Below, piece after piece: positions 1 through 13,173 of a stretch of 64,000 bases of DNA. Every line of letters starts with the position of its first letter. Within the stretch, counting starts at the first letter, position 1. The stretch spans positions 3,660,001 to 3,724,000 of the forward strand of contig CM052817.1 in the NCBI GenBank assembly GCA_028534125.1, written 5' to 3'. Source of the stretch: Lama glama. Its lineage: Eukaryota. Below the pieces are notes generated by a model that saw nothing but the letters and a program-made list of their open reading frames with translations, was not told the origin of the DNA and did not search any database. The position numbers and the translations under genes were made by a program.

Positions 1-834
1 GGAGCGGGCACGTCTCAACATCCTCTCCCCTCCCCTCTGCTTAAAGGGAGGCTGTCTCCATTCTGTTCTCCACCAGCTTTAAGCCCGTCTTCACTGTCAC
101 AGGCGTCCGTGAGAAGCTCTTCCTGCTCCAGCTCGCATTACTCAGCAAATGTGGGAGCAATCTCTGGGAGGGCAGGCTGCCCGCAGGAGTCTAGGCGTGC
201 ATTTTCAGCCCTCGTGCTGTAATTTTGTCAAGGCAATATGGTAAAAGGTCACCCTGAAGGTCAGACCGTGTCCGGGGAGCCCGAGCGCACTCGCCAGGAT
301 TGAGAGCCTGTCGTCCTGTAATGCTATCTTTGGTAGATGGGCTTCAAAAACAAGACCTCCGGCTCAGGAAAGATTATCTTGGTAACTAAACCAGCAATCC
401 CTTTCTTACTAAAATATGTAAATATGAGCCAATAACATCTCTGAGGTCTCCAAACAACATTTCTCATGCACCCCGGCTATGAAAGATTGTAATGTACTTT
501 CCAGTAGTTGACATAAAAGCATTACAATTTAATTAACTTTTGCTGATGAGGGGAGGGGATTAGCCACTGCCCTATTTTTAAACCATGCAGAATATGCAGT
601 GGTGACCACGGTCAATATTAGGCCATCATCCCACTGAGCTTCTTAAGGCTGAGCCTTGGTTTAATTCTTTAAAAGTTTTTGTTGTTGTTCTATTTTGTTT
701 AAGGCCAACTCCAGTACTAGGAATCAAACATGGAACAGCCCCTGTTCTTCTGAGCCGCCTGCGTGTCTGCCTGCGGCACCACAGGCGCCGCCTGGAGCCG
801 TGCTTCAGCACCGAGCGCAAGTCCGCCTGCCGCC
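1..834 (-). other. TBC1D14: TBC1D14 3' UTR (partial)
   Basis: Directly follows the TGA stop at 837-835. No repeats recognised and no AATAAA seen on the mRNA strand here, so it probably continues off the window. Confidence 0.85.
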
Positions 835-900
835 TCAGTGTCTGAGAGACGGGCTTCCTTTCTCCACGTCCCGGCTGTCCCTCTGCAGTGCGGTCAGTAC
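835..900 (-). CDS. TBC1D14: TBC1D14 last coding exon (exon 14 equivalent), VLTALQRDSRDVEKGSPSLRH*
   Basis: 66 nt; acceptor ctctccctgtgtccccag|GTA; TGA at 837-835; matches the recalled TBC1D14 C-terminus. Confidence 0.95.
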   Translation of the reverse strand, partial: VLTALQRDSRDVEKGSPSLRH

Positions 901-2293
901 CTGGGGACACAGGGAGACAGGGGTGGGCGACCTCAGCACACGCCGAACACAGATCCCGACCGGTGTGACAGGAACCGCAGCAGCCCCGCGCCTGCCTCCC
1001 CACCTGCCCCTGCTCTGGTCCATCTTCCACACCTGCCTCCACTCACCTTCCAACATGGAAGCCTAACCACGCCGTCTGGGCTCGTGCCCCACAGCCACTC
1101 CCCACCGGCCCCCAGGTGCCAGTGTCGAGGCGGGGCTCCCAGGCTCCTCTCCTTGCGCAGTCTGGCTCCAGCCCCTGCGCTCGCCACCACCAATGCCGGG
1201 CTTCCCACTCCGGGACGCCAACCTGCCCTCCCGGGCTCCCGCTGACCTGCCCCCTCTCTTCGCCAGCAAACCATGCGCCCTTTTCAGGCCTGAGAGCTAT
1301 CAGCTCTTCCCACGCCTTCCTGAGCTTCCCCAGGGTGACTTCAGCTCCCTCCTCTCTGCAGTCTCAGCTTCTGGCTAACACCTTTATTTTTCTAAATATC
1401 ACATTCCACTGTGATTGCCTACCAGCCGCAGTGACAACAACAGGCCGCATTTACTGCACGCCCACTCCGGCCCAGTTGAGCGCTCCCAGGGCACCTCCGG
1501 CACAGCAGCTGTTTAATCCATGCAACGCTGTATGTCACCTGAGCAACAGACACTCAGACAAGTGACTTGCTAAAAGCCAAACAGCTTGTATGGATTCAAA
1601 CTCAGATTTGTTTGATTTTAAAACCAAGGGCATCTTTGCAGCACCAGTGCTAAACTACTTAGGTCAGGCGCTATGCCACGTTGACTGAATTACAAATTAC
1701 AAGCTATAAAGCAGAAACATTTTATGTGGGCTTCAAATAAATTGCACAGGGGGGATAACAGTAGATAAAAGCCCCCCCACCTCTAGGTAAATGGGACTGC
1801 CGACCAAGCATAAACGTCTACCTGTTTTATAAAGTTCACCAGAGTTTTAACCTTAAGTACAGCATTCAAGAGAAATGGGCAAGGACCACAACTCCCGTGG
1901 GACCTGGAACTGAATAAACTCACTGATGCCCGCCCTCAGGCCGACCCCTATTACTATCCCACTACTGGAGAATGTCCTACTATTTAATAACCTCTGATCT
2001 GGTGTTAACCAGTAATCTTCACCTAAAATGCAAGAAGCTAAATGACAGATGTGGGCTCAACCCTTCCCTCTTTGCGTGTTTCTGTGGGTGTGCAAGTGGG
2101 GGGACGGAGGGAAGGACCGGTGAAGAACAAAGGAAGATCAGCAGGCCTGTGACCACACAAGTTGGAAAGTCAAGGGAGTAACAGTTCTGTGCTGAATGAA
2201 GGCTATCAGCAACGGCCCTGGCTTCCTGCAGCCATTTCAGAAAACCGCTCTAAGTGACTGGCCTGCAGGAGACTCCACGCATACACTTACACA

Positions 2294-2494
2294 CAGGCCA
2301 GCTTCGTGGGCATCAAGCCCATGCATTCGGAGGGGCCCTACTGAGCCTAATGCTCTGTAGTCACCATCCTGGAATTCTCCATACTAACTCTGAACACGTG
2401 GCCCCAGAGTTTCGTTTCGCATTGCGTGTTTGTTTCTTAATCAGAGAAAGGCTCTTCTTTCACCAGATCCCTGATAATTATATAGCCAGTCCTG
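2294..2494 (+). mobile_element. MER91A-like hAT-Tip100 DNA transposon remnant
   Basis: Termini CAGGCCAGCTTCGTGGGC ... AATTATATAGCCAGTCCTG and internal TAATGCTCTGTAGTCACCATCCTGGAATTCT resemble the recalled MER91A consensus. Confidence 0.6.
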
Positions 2495-2520
2495 CTCACA
2501 CACGAGCTCAGTGCATTTTT

Positions 2521-2875
2521 TAATGGTTTTCCTGGTATATAATTCACATAACATGTAATTTACCCATTTAAAGTGTACAATTCATTGCTTCTTAGTATAT
2601 TCACAGACGTGTGCAAACCTCACCACAGTCCATTTTAGAACATTTTCATCACCTCAAGAAGTAACCCCGTATCCTTTGGCTACCACAGCCCTGTCCCCAC
2701 CTCGTCCACTCCATTGGCAACCACTAATCTACTTCCTGTCTCTACCGAGCTCCCTGTTCTGCAACTGAATGTGAACGGAATCAAACAGTCTTTCATGTCT
2801 GGCTTTTTCACATAATATAATGCTTCCAAGGTTCATCCATACTGTAGCAAGTGTCGGTACTTCACTCCTTTTTAT
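2521..2875 (-). mobile_element. L1MB-type LINE-1 3' end fragment
   Basis: GGTATATAATTCACATA...CCCATTTAAAGTGTACAATTCA...TTTTAGAACATTTTCATCACC...GGCAACCACTAATCTACTT...AGGTTCATCCAT, typical antisense L1MB 3' UTR. Confidence 0.8.
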
Positions 2876-3284
2876 AAACATTGTATTTATTTTAGAAATG
2901 CTACTGATAACCCCCTAAGCACAAAATAGTGCCCCCCCACGTGAAACCAGGGGAGCGTTTCACAGACTGACCCACAGTCCCTCCACAGCAGCTGCGCTCC
3001 TTCCCCAAAGACCCAGACAGGAAGGGAGTCCGCCAGCCACAGAGCGCATCAGACCTGGGGACAGGGGGGAAGGGAATGGCCAGCGCAGGGGGCCGAACGA
3101 GGGGCCCAGGTGAGAGGGGAAATTCTCTGGTTTAATACATAAACAGGCACTGAACTTGTACACTTTTAAAAAACGGTGAATTTTATGGTATGTAAACTAA
3201 TAAAGCTGTTATAAAAATAAGCTGCTGGCTAAGATCAAAGGGAAATAGTTTGATAACCTACGAAGTAATGTGCCCAAACATAAA

Positions 3285-3625
3285 AACTGGGAACCCGATC
3301 AAGCCTTGAGATCTAACTGCCGATTTACAGGACATGCGGAATAGAAAGACCACATTAAACACACCGCAGGGATCTAACCAGCAAAATCCAGACTGTGGGA
3401 AATGCTAATGGGCAAATGACATCACTTCTTCAATAAATAAAGGGTGAAAGGAGAAGGGAGAAGTGGAAAGGTGGGCAGCCCTTATACGTTAAAAAAGACT
3501 TAAAAGATCTTTCAGCCAATTGCAATGTGTAAACTTATCTGGATCCTGGTTCAAGTAGCCTATGAAGCTACTGGTGACCTTTGGAAACAAGTAGAAATAT
3601 GAAAACTGACTGGATATTTGACAGG
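3285..3625 (+). mobile_element. L1MC4/5-type LINE-1 3' fragment
   Basis: GATCAAGCCTTGAGATCTAACT...AGCAAAATCCAGACTGTGGGAAA...TGCAATGTGTAAACTTATCTGGATCCTGGTTCAA...ACTGACTGGATATTTGA. Confidence 0.6.
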
Positions 3626-4434
3626 CGCACAGGGGCTCGTTATTCTATTTCATTCTGTTTCTCAGTGCACTTTAAATCTTCCACTAATAAGAAAAATAAA
3701 TCGGGAACAAGTACTGGGCACGTACAAGCCTCCCCAGACATCAACCAACTAGGCCCTGATGCTCAGGCAAACAGCAGCTGCAGGGCCAAGAATCAAGGTT
3801 TTAGTTTTCCCTTTTTAGAAAGATAAAGACTAGGATTCAGATGACCCTGGCCAAGCCCACAGGGGACGTAACCTATGAGGAATGTCCAGAGGAGACGCGA
3901 GGGACCTAGAAGATGGAGGCCCAGGCTGGGCCGCTCCCATGCTGTTACTTGGCTGCTCTGCTAACAGGTGCTACGGAGCTGGGGCAACACATCCCGAAGC
4001 CCCCTTCCCCTCTCCCTCCTCCCCCTCTCCCGTGCCTGCTCTCTGGGCCTCCTCTGTTCACCACCCTGTCCCGGGCACACCGTGCTGAGGGAGGGAGCGG
4101 GGCGCGGCGGCATTGGTTTCCCCTGCTTTCTGTCTCTGATGTTTAAAAAGGGGGGAACGGGATCGGTTAGCAAAGTGCTGTCTAACGTGCAGAGAGCACT
4201 GTGACAGCTGACTTGAAGTTCTGCCCGCGCCCCGCCCTGCCACTGCAGAACGGGTGGGAGGGCTCCGACACAGATCCAAAGAGGAGATGACTGCCCAAGA
4301 CCCCCTGTGGCAGAGCCAAGCCCCAGACCCAGGCCACCGCACTTGCAGCCCCAGAACTGCCGGAACTGCCGTCCGGAGGGCCGTCGGCTCACGGGTAGCT
4401 GAGCTCCTGAGCCGACTGCTGAGCCGCCGCTCAC

Positions 4435-4481
4435 CTGAGCCCACTTCTTGTTTCGACTCTGCATCTGCACCGCAGCTATGG
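4435..4481 (-). CDS. TBC1D14: TBC1D14 penultimate coding exon (exon 13 equivalent), only the 3' end visible: IAAVQMQSRNKKWAQ
   Basis: Donor CAG|gtgagc at 4435/4434, phase 0 into the last exon. The 5' part and acceptor fall in the N gap. Confidence 0.92.
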
Positions 4482-4581
4482 NNNNNNNNNNNNNNNNNNN
4501 NNNNNNNNNNNNNNNNNNNNNNNNNNNNNNNNNNNNNNNNNNNNNNNNNNNNNNNNNNNNNNNNNNNNNNNNNNNNNNNNN
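4482..4581. other. Assembly gap (100 N placeholder)
   Basis: Run of exactly 100 N. Confidence 0.99.
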
Positions 4582-7500
4582 CGGGACTCTCGGCCTGCCT
4601 TCCCTCTGGAGGCCAATTCAAACATTTTACAAGACAGCATTACCTGTCACAAGGAGTCTCAAACACCGTACCGTTTCGGAATTACAGATACCAGTTACCT
4701 CTGCATGCAACAAGTATTTACGGGCACCTGCTATGTGCTCATTCCCCTGTGGGAGGTGCCAGATGTAAGGTTCACACGGCCGACAAGGCTTAAGGGTCTG
4801 GTGGGGACCGGAAACAGTAGACAGAAATGTCTGGTTCTGTGCGCTCGTACACCTGACTTCCGAAGACTGCCGTACACTTCTGTCCCAGTAGGGGTCAGCA
4901 AAGGAACAAAGAAACATTTTCCCAAAAATCTGAGGGTGGATTACAAGGAACTGATCTTATATTTAACAATGCAAACCATGAGATAAAAAAAAAGTGAAAT
5001 ACAGATACGTGTTCCCTTCATAAACTGTGATAATCACAGTCCAAACTACCAAATAAATACAATCCTAGGTGATCATACGTCATCAGGTCTAACCGCTTCT
5101 ACCTTGGAACGTGGCCATGTCACAAAGCGAGGCGAGTCAGGTTGAGATGTCGACCAAACTGGATCCCTGTGAATCTGCCCTCCTCCAGCAGCTATGAGCC
5201 GCAGCCTGGGCACCATGTCCAGGGCATCTCCTGATCCCCAGGCCCAGCCAGATGCTCCTTCCCGCTCTGGGCTCCCCCTGCCCTGGTGCTCATCACAACA
5301 CGCTGTGTTCGCGTCTGTCTCCCACGGAGACTACCCGAGAGTAGGGGCCTGGCCCATCTCACCCCCGCCCTCAGCACCAGCACCGCATCTGGCGATCTCT
5401 GCCGAGTAAGTGTGCGGGCAAGCTCCCAGTCCACTTAAGGACGTCACAGACGTCAGAGGTTCTCACTGCCCTCTCACCAGGTGGATGAGTCCTCATGACA
5501 GGTGCTGACTCTCATCTGCTGGGGGATACTTTATCCCTCCTGGAAAACTACTTTTCTGCAGGTCTCAGTTTTTCCTTAGTGTCCATGCTGACTCAAGAGA
5601 CACACGGGGCCCATGAAGGCACCTGAACTCAAGTGCTAGACTTAGACTGCAGGGCTCTGGTCAGGAGGTAATGTCACCAGGCCTTGAAGAGCAGGACTCT
5701 CACTTCCCTAGAGAAGATTCTACCAGGAATGTTACACCATACTGGCAAATATGCTCCCTAGTTTCATGGGTACAGGCTTTCTGTCTGCGGTGAACTCCAG
5801 GGTGCAATTTACTCGACTCTCTCGCCTGGGAGGATGCTCTGCCCCAGAAACAGCCTTTCCTCCAGGACCCGGAGGAACTTCCATGCAGTGAAGGGCATAT
5901 ATTCAACACCACATGCTGATGAAGACCCAATAATGTTCAAGGCTGCCCCTTGTCAGTGCTTTAAAACTCTTAAGAGATTCAAGAAAAGTGTAATAATTTA
6001 GATTTCAACTCAGATGATGGAAGAGGGAGGCAGATGTCAGGAAGAAATCACTCCAGGTCCTGCCACCAGTAACCGGCAGAGCCAGACCCTGAAGCCGCCC
6101 CAGAGCCCATGCCCCGAGCGTCCGGAGTGCACGGCGTGCTCTCGGGCAGCACGCGGTCGTGCTGGGAGGACACCTAACCTGTTGGAGCCACAGAGGACCT
6201 TCAGCCTGAGCTTCTCCTTTCTCAAGAAACCGAAACCCATTTCACTGTCGGTCTAGAAGACACAGTTCAAGAGAGAATCAAGAGACCCGTTTCTAGTCGC
6301 AATCTGAAAAGTGTTCTCAGTTCCATCTGGAGGAAGTTGTATTTCTCAAAAGTGAAGAGACCTGGCCTAATCTCCAGCACTGCTTCTCACCCGCCAGTTC
6401 ACTGGTGGGAATCAAGCCCTCACACCTTAAAAGCAGGGTCTTAAGTAAAAAATGATGGAGAAATACAGTAACTATAGGCAAACAAGAGAGAAATAACAAA
6501 ATTAATTTCTTTAGCATAATACTGAGTTGAGATTTGTGTGTGGGTCTCCATAAACTCCTCTAGATATAGTTTGAACTGTACAAGACTAAGCTGACATCGA
6601 ACGACCAGGGGAGCCACACTCCAGGCCCGTGACGCTCATGTTTACGCTGCACCTCACATGTCCCTTTCACACAGTCATCAAGCAGGGACAGACACCCCGG
6701 CTACCTTCCCCTGCAGACTCCGGCGGGCCTTCCAGTGACCAGCTCCTGGGCCCTGGGCTCTAGTCCGAGTCCAGCATCACCGTCCCCTCAGCCTCCTGCT
6801 CCCGCAGCGTCTGAGCAGGGAGGGTGTTCGCCTCCCCGCCTCCCGCAGCAGGACTGCTCAGACACGCGCCAGCGTCCTCAAGCGCCCCTCTCCCTCTCCT
6901 CTCATCTCCCCTCTCACTGCAAAACCATTCATTACCAGCGGCTGTCAAATGCTTGACTCTTTTAAACTACGTTTAGCTGTGAATAGGACACTTCAACGAC
7001 GTTCCCCCGCTTCATTCTCAGGAGAGTGGTTCATCCGGCCCCATTCATGCAGGTGAGGAGCCACTCAGCCCCAGGGGATGCAGTGAGCGAGCGGGGCAGC
7101 CCCGGAAGCCGCCCTCCGGAGCGAGCAGGCTGCTGTCTGCACTCGGCCTCCCCGCCTCGAGCGCTTCCAGTCGGCTCCCCGCGGCACAGTGCTGGGCCTC
7201 AGCCCACTCCAGCAGGGACAAGGGCGGAAGAAAAGGGAGGGGCAGTGAAAGCCCCCGGCCTTCCCCGGACTGCTGAGTGTTCTGGCCCTGGAGGAGAGAG
7301 TGGAGGATTTTTCTCCCCCAAGAAATGACTTTTTCTCCCTTGGACCGCTGCGTATTACTGCACTGTGTGTATTTGCGTGTGTGCATGTCTGTGTTGCTAA
7401 ACTAATGACGTGGCAACAGGCTCAGAAAGGACAAGGGGTGAGTGGTGTGTATCTCTTTCCCCAACAGCACGTGGAGGGGAATGGAACAGTTTTCTTCCTG

Positions 7501-10500
7501 TCAAGCCGTCACAGTTCCCAGAAAGCATTCTTATCTGGCGCTGCCTGATCCGACTGCTTGTCTGAGCTTCCAGGGGAGCGAGGAGCACGCCGGGGAGGGA
7601 GGGGGCTCACCACTTCCGAAGCCAGGCGTGGGGGCAAAGGCTCCTTCTGAGAAGCCCGCGGTGGGAGGACCGACATCCCCGCCTGTCTGCAAGCACCGCG
7701 GGCCTGTCTGCAAGCACCAAGCAGAGCCGACGGGCACACCTGCCTCCCTGCACAGTGCGGCTTCGTATGCTCCCCTCTGGATCATCCAGTTTGATCCCTC
7801 AGTTAAAACAAGCTTCATCTCCATTTTATGGTGAGGAAACTGCAAATCTAGGGAGGCTGTGGAAATGCGGCTTTCAGCCTGAGGAAAGGGTGAAGGTCCT
7901 CTAGCGTCTCACCCGCTGAGGAGCAAAACCAGACACACCTGGACCTCCAAAGCCTGACAGCCAACTTCCACCTGTGCCTGAATGCTCCCATCCTCACCGG
8001 TTCCTAAGAATGGGACTTTGTCCCCCAAGCTGGCTTACCAAGTGGCCCTGAGCCCCTCCCCCTCACCATGGTGTGCCCCGTGTCCTAAAAACCCAGACCA
8101 GGCATTCGCGTAGACATCGCTAGAAAACCACTCAGCCTCCTTAGGCCTTGTGAGGATTAAACAAAACAACATTAAACACCCAATATAGAACTGCAATCAC
8201 TAAAAACTGAAGGTAGTTATGTAAGTCTCAGTTCAAACTTAATTAACAAGCCCAACCCTTGCCCCGACCCTGGAAGCAGTCAGACAGATCCACCTCAGTG
8301 CCCCGGGAGGACCCCCTAACTTGAGCTCAAAGGTATTCTCACTTCAGCTGCCAGCACCGAGCAGAGGCAGGAGACAGTAGGGAAACAGGTGAACCCCGTG
8401 TTAGAACACAGCCTCCATCGCAGCCAGGCCGAGGTGGGCTGGTGACCAAGGGCTGTGCAGGGCCTTCCTGCAGACAGGTGTCCCCCCTGCAGGCTTGGAC
8501 ACCTCCTCCGTCCCACCCACACGCACACACGCACACACTCTGATGAGGCCCCCACGTCGGCCAGGTGCTATTCCAGATGCCTGGGAGCTCAGCAAGCCAA
8601 CACTACTCTGGAGTTCTTAGGCAGACCCAAAACCCGAAAGTTAGAAGCTATTAGTGAAATGTATGCAAGATGTGATGGAAACTAAAATCTCCTGACTCGT
8701 AGTTTCACCTTGAACCATGCCGTTAAGCTAAGAGACAGCATGATGATCAGATCTCCAAGTATCACCAGACATTATTCAAGAAACATTAATCGTGATGTAG
8801 AATGTACTGCTTGATTCTTCTGTTAATTCAGGATTATTTGCTACAAAACCCACTCTCGTCTCTGAGTAATTCTGCCATTTGACAGCAGTGGGGAAATATT
8901 TTGGTAAGTCAAATGACCGCATGTCAGCCCTCCCACAAAACATGGACACCTGACTGAACACTCACAACCGTGTAGGAGGCCGCAGTCGGTGAGGCCCTGC
9001 CCTAAGCCTCCCAGCTCCACGCGAGCAGAGAAGAGCGACAAGCACTACACAGGACCCCTTGCCAGGAAAGCAGCGTCAGTGAGCAAATCTGGGCCTCAGC
9101 CGTGGAGCCTCTGCAGCACTGGGCAGACAGCGGCCCCGAGTGCACTTGGGGAGCGAGCACCCTGGGGAGCGAGCACCCGGGTGAGCCTCGGGCCGGATTC
9201 CGTGTATTTTAAGCCCAGGAAGGGGCCCGTCAGGAACAGATGCATTCTTGAATCTAGGACTCTGAGCCAGGCATGGGTCCAGGCACTGGGGACACAGAGG
9301 TGACTGGCAAAGCTTGGTCTATTGCAGGCACAGCAGGAAACAGACGATGCCCTCAGTGGTCAGCGCTGCGATGGGGGAAGCCTTGACTGCTGGGGCGGAG
9401 GGGAGAGGAAAGAGCATTCTGGAAGAGTAACTATCAAACTGGGCAAGACAATGTCCTACATAAAGCCACAATGCGATAATCCTGGGGGAAGAGAAGCTGT
9501 GCTAGGAATGTAAGGGCGACTCCGACATGGCCTCTGGGGCAGACAGCAGGGCAGGAAAGGAGATTCTGTCGTCTTGTCTGAGCACCACAGCTCACGCGGG
9601 ACACTCAGAAAGCCAAACCACGGAGCCCACAGCCCTCCAACACGGAAAAGGAGAGTGAGCTGCTGGAAGCCCCTGCAGACCACGTGCACAGTGCAGATCC
9701 ACCACATGTGCAACTCAGAGGCAGGCCCTGCTGTCAGGGGTGCAGACACCGGTTTGGGGAAGGTGACATGATGAAGCAGGAAAAGCAAAAGGTCTGGAGT
9801 GAGACTGGTCTGGACCACTCACTACAGGCGAGATGCCGGGTAAGGGGCCTCAGCAGCTTCCTCTGCGCTAAGACATACCTGCTCCAGAGGCCGTGAAGGT
9901 GAAACAAAAGAACGAGTGCCTCTGAGACGCCAGCTTCCAGGGCAGGCCCTAGGCCAAACCTGTTCCTTCCCAGGGCTTCCTTCCCACTGCCTACCCTGCT
10001 TCTGATCTGAGCTTTGAACTAACTGTTAGCACCCAACCAAGAGCCTGAATCATTACAGACTATCCATAAATGTGGACTGCAAGGAATAAATCATGAATAC
10101 ATGGTTTTCCTGTGCTTAATTCACTGTGCTTTAATTCAACTTAAATTCCTACTAAGGACTTACTGTGTGCCTAGCCCTGCCATCAGCGTTCCACCTGGTC
10201 CTAATTCCACGAAGCAGTCAAGCATCTCACCAGGGACAGGCCTGCACCAGCAGGGCCCTCGTCAGACTACAGCGGGCAGCACTCAAGGGGCATCAGGCAC
10301 CAACCACGTCACCTGGTCTCCGGAGCGGGGTCCTCACAGCTCCTTTTCACTCGGACCTCTGTGCTTTGCTCCACCTGCATCGCTGGCAAGCCTGCCCTGA
10401 GCTGTGTACCCTCACCAGTGTGCTGCTGTATCTTTGGAGCCTGAGCTCCGGGACCCACCTCATGGGTCATGCTGCCTTACAGCTAAACCCGCTAGCGAAC

Positions 10501-11627
10501 AAGCTCTGAGCAGGTGAGCACCAGCCCTGCTGCTCAGCCAGCCCCGCGGCCTCGGGCAAGTCACTCGGCCTCTTGGAGCCCCACCTTCCTCAAGTGTGAG
10601 ACAGAGGTGCTACAATCCACTGGCAGGGGTTGTTCCAAGCGTCCCATGAGATCATGAGAGAAGCGCTGGAGTCAATGAAGGCAGGCCCCTTGACCTCTAC
10701 CCTCCACCTTCAGCCTGGAATAGAAAGACAGGCGTCCTGCAGGACAGTGCTCCTCTCTGCCCGTGGTGACCGCACCGACCACCACCTGTGCTGTCATCAC
10801 ACTGGATCAGCACCAGCTTTTTTTTTTTTTGAACAAATAGAACAGAACCGGAAACTTCTGAATGCTCTGCACATAGTGACAGCTAGGTACTAGTTCATGA
10901 AACCTGTTTCGTATACATACTATGTTGCTGCACACACGGCCACACACTGGGTCACAACACAAAATTTACTTCCTTTTACAAGTCAGGGTAAAAAAAGTTT
11001 GAAAGTCACTATTCCAGAACAGTGCTTTCCAAAGTTCACTTTTAGCCTGGAATCCTAAGAATCTAACCTGGGGGCCTCAAATAGACCAGGTAGAAGCTGA
11101 AGACTCTGGTCCCACAGGAGCCTCCCCTACCACTCTCCCCCGGTCACGGGCTCCAGGCTGGGAACCTTCAAGGTCAGGGTTCACAGTCAAATGACCAGCA
11201 TGGGTACACAACAGGGGTACAGAGGGACAGCCTATACAAGAGTTGAGTGTTCGTGTTGTGGACAAATCATTTGTCAGCTAAAGGTGCCCTTCAAGGGAGG
11301 CCCCAAACACTTCCACCCTGCACAGCCAGACAGGCCAGCCCAGCATCCCCACCAGTGGCCACTTCACGGCCATCTCACTATACTAACCCACAGTGACACA
11401 GCACCTGTCACGTCAGCTAGGAGCTGTGACCTCCAAACCCTGTGCCTGGCAAGAATTCATCAGAGTCAGAACAAAACAGGGTTGAGGGCAGAAGCAACTA
11501 ATGCCAAGAATCCCACAGGCTTGTTCCCATGGGTGTGGACAAGTTGGCTTTATTTAAGGGAGTCTTGTTTCTGACGACATTTGGACTTCACCTTGTAGAA
11601 GCCTTTTCCCTCATGAAGAAAGTGAGC

Positions 11628-11649
11628 AAAAAAAAAAAAAAAAAAAAAA
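11628..11649. repeat. (A)22 mononucleotide run
   Basis: Uninterrupted A tract. Confidence 0.9.
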
Positions 11650-13173
11650 GTCACACCAGCTCTGCATTCCTGGCAGTTTCAGAGTCATTGTGCAAGTTAG
11701 TGCCGAAGCCCCAACGGGCTTTTCGGTCAAGTGACATTCCTTCCCTCTGCAGAGCCCGCTGTGAGTCGGGGTGGGAATGCCGGGCAGTCAACGGACAAGG
11801 CCCTGAAAGGCTCATCAGCTTGGTCTACAGATGAGGGAGCAGGCTCAGAGAGGTTCCAGGGCCCTCGGCCAGGCCATAGGTGAATAACAGGAGAGGCTGG
11901 GACTTAGGTGGGACCCCACGCTCCTCCCACCATGCGGCCCCGAGACTCCTCACCTTGTTCCCAAGTTACCACCCACCTTCTCCCCTGGCGCTCTCTGGGG
12001 TGACGACCCAGCCTTTCCTCAGACAACCACATGCACCTATGCACGAAGACCTGCCTGTCCACTGCCCCACTGCAGAACTCCCTGGAGCCTTGTATCTGTG
12101 AGTCTTCCTCAGTGTCCTCCAGGCACCTCAGAACCACTGTGTCCACAGCCAAATCCACTAAGAGTCCCGACAGACCCAACCCTGCTGTGTTCTGGTCTCA
12201 GCTGGGCCCAGCCCCCCCCAGCATCTGGCCCCACAAGAGCAGACCACGCGTCTCCGCCCTCTCCCCGACAGCCACAAGCCTCCCCTGGGGCCACAGCGCT
12301 TCCCTCTCCAGCATCTCTCTCCTCCCCACTCTCCACCCACTCCTGCGGCCTCAGCTCAAGCCCTGGCTTTTTCTTCCTTAATGTGTCTGCCTCCAGGTTC
12401 CCCTGCCTTGCGAGTAGATAAAACTCACCTCTGGGTACAGCCCACCTGCATTCTCACCCCAAGCACAAACCTTCAGCTGCTCCCTCTGGCCCCTGTAATC
12501 CTGTCTGCTCCTCTACCTGGCGTCTGAGACCCACCAGACCCGGCTTCCAGGCCTTTCGCCCGCCGCCCTCTGCCTTTTACTTCAGGCTCCCACATCACCA
12601 CGCCAACTGCTGCAGCCCTAACTCTGGAATGCCGCACACTCATGTCATGTCTTGGCTCAAACTCCTGTGTCATCTCTGTGTACTCTGGCCCCCAAGCCTG
12701 GGTCCAGGCCTCTGTCCTTCCCTTCCTTCAGGGACGGCACTCATCACCTGCTGTCCAGCCCCAGCCGTCCACAGACAGTCTCTCCTACTAGGGAGAAGCT
12801 CCGGACAGGCCAGTGCTGAGTCCTCTCACTGCCTGTCCGGGATCCTAGAAGAGAGCCCGCCAGATCTGGTGCTTAGTGACGTCTCGTGGAAGGAATGGAT
12901 ATCAGTACCTTGAAAACAAAGAGGTCCAAGACACTGTTCTCCCCGAGAGAATTCAGGAGGACCAGTTAGAGTCACAGGAGGCACCAGAGAGAGTACCAGA
13001 GCGGAGCAGACGACCAGCAGCACGAGCCCAGGGACACAGGGCTCGGGGCCGCGGGGGAGACGGTAAAGCAGGACGTGGGGGTCAGCCGAGCCCTGGAAGA
13101 TGCTGGCAGTGAGGAATGAAAAAAGGGGGCGTGGAGATAAGAAAACACTGAAAACATTAAAATGCAGTCTTAC

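Noticed and set aside
417..424. Pumilio element TGTAAATA
   Set aside because: It is on the plus strand, antisense to the TBC1D14 mRNA.
626..1565. Cluster of overlapping ORFs around the last exon
   Set aside because: GC-rich shadow frames; only 835-900 is supported by homology and splice signals.
4435..4700. TBC1D14 pseudogenisation or exon loss
   Set aside because: The missing coding sequence coincides with the N gap; all other exons, phases and catalytic fingers are intact.
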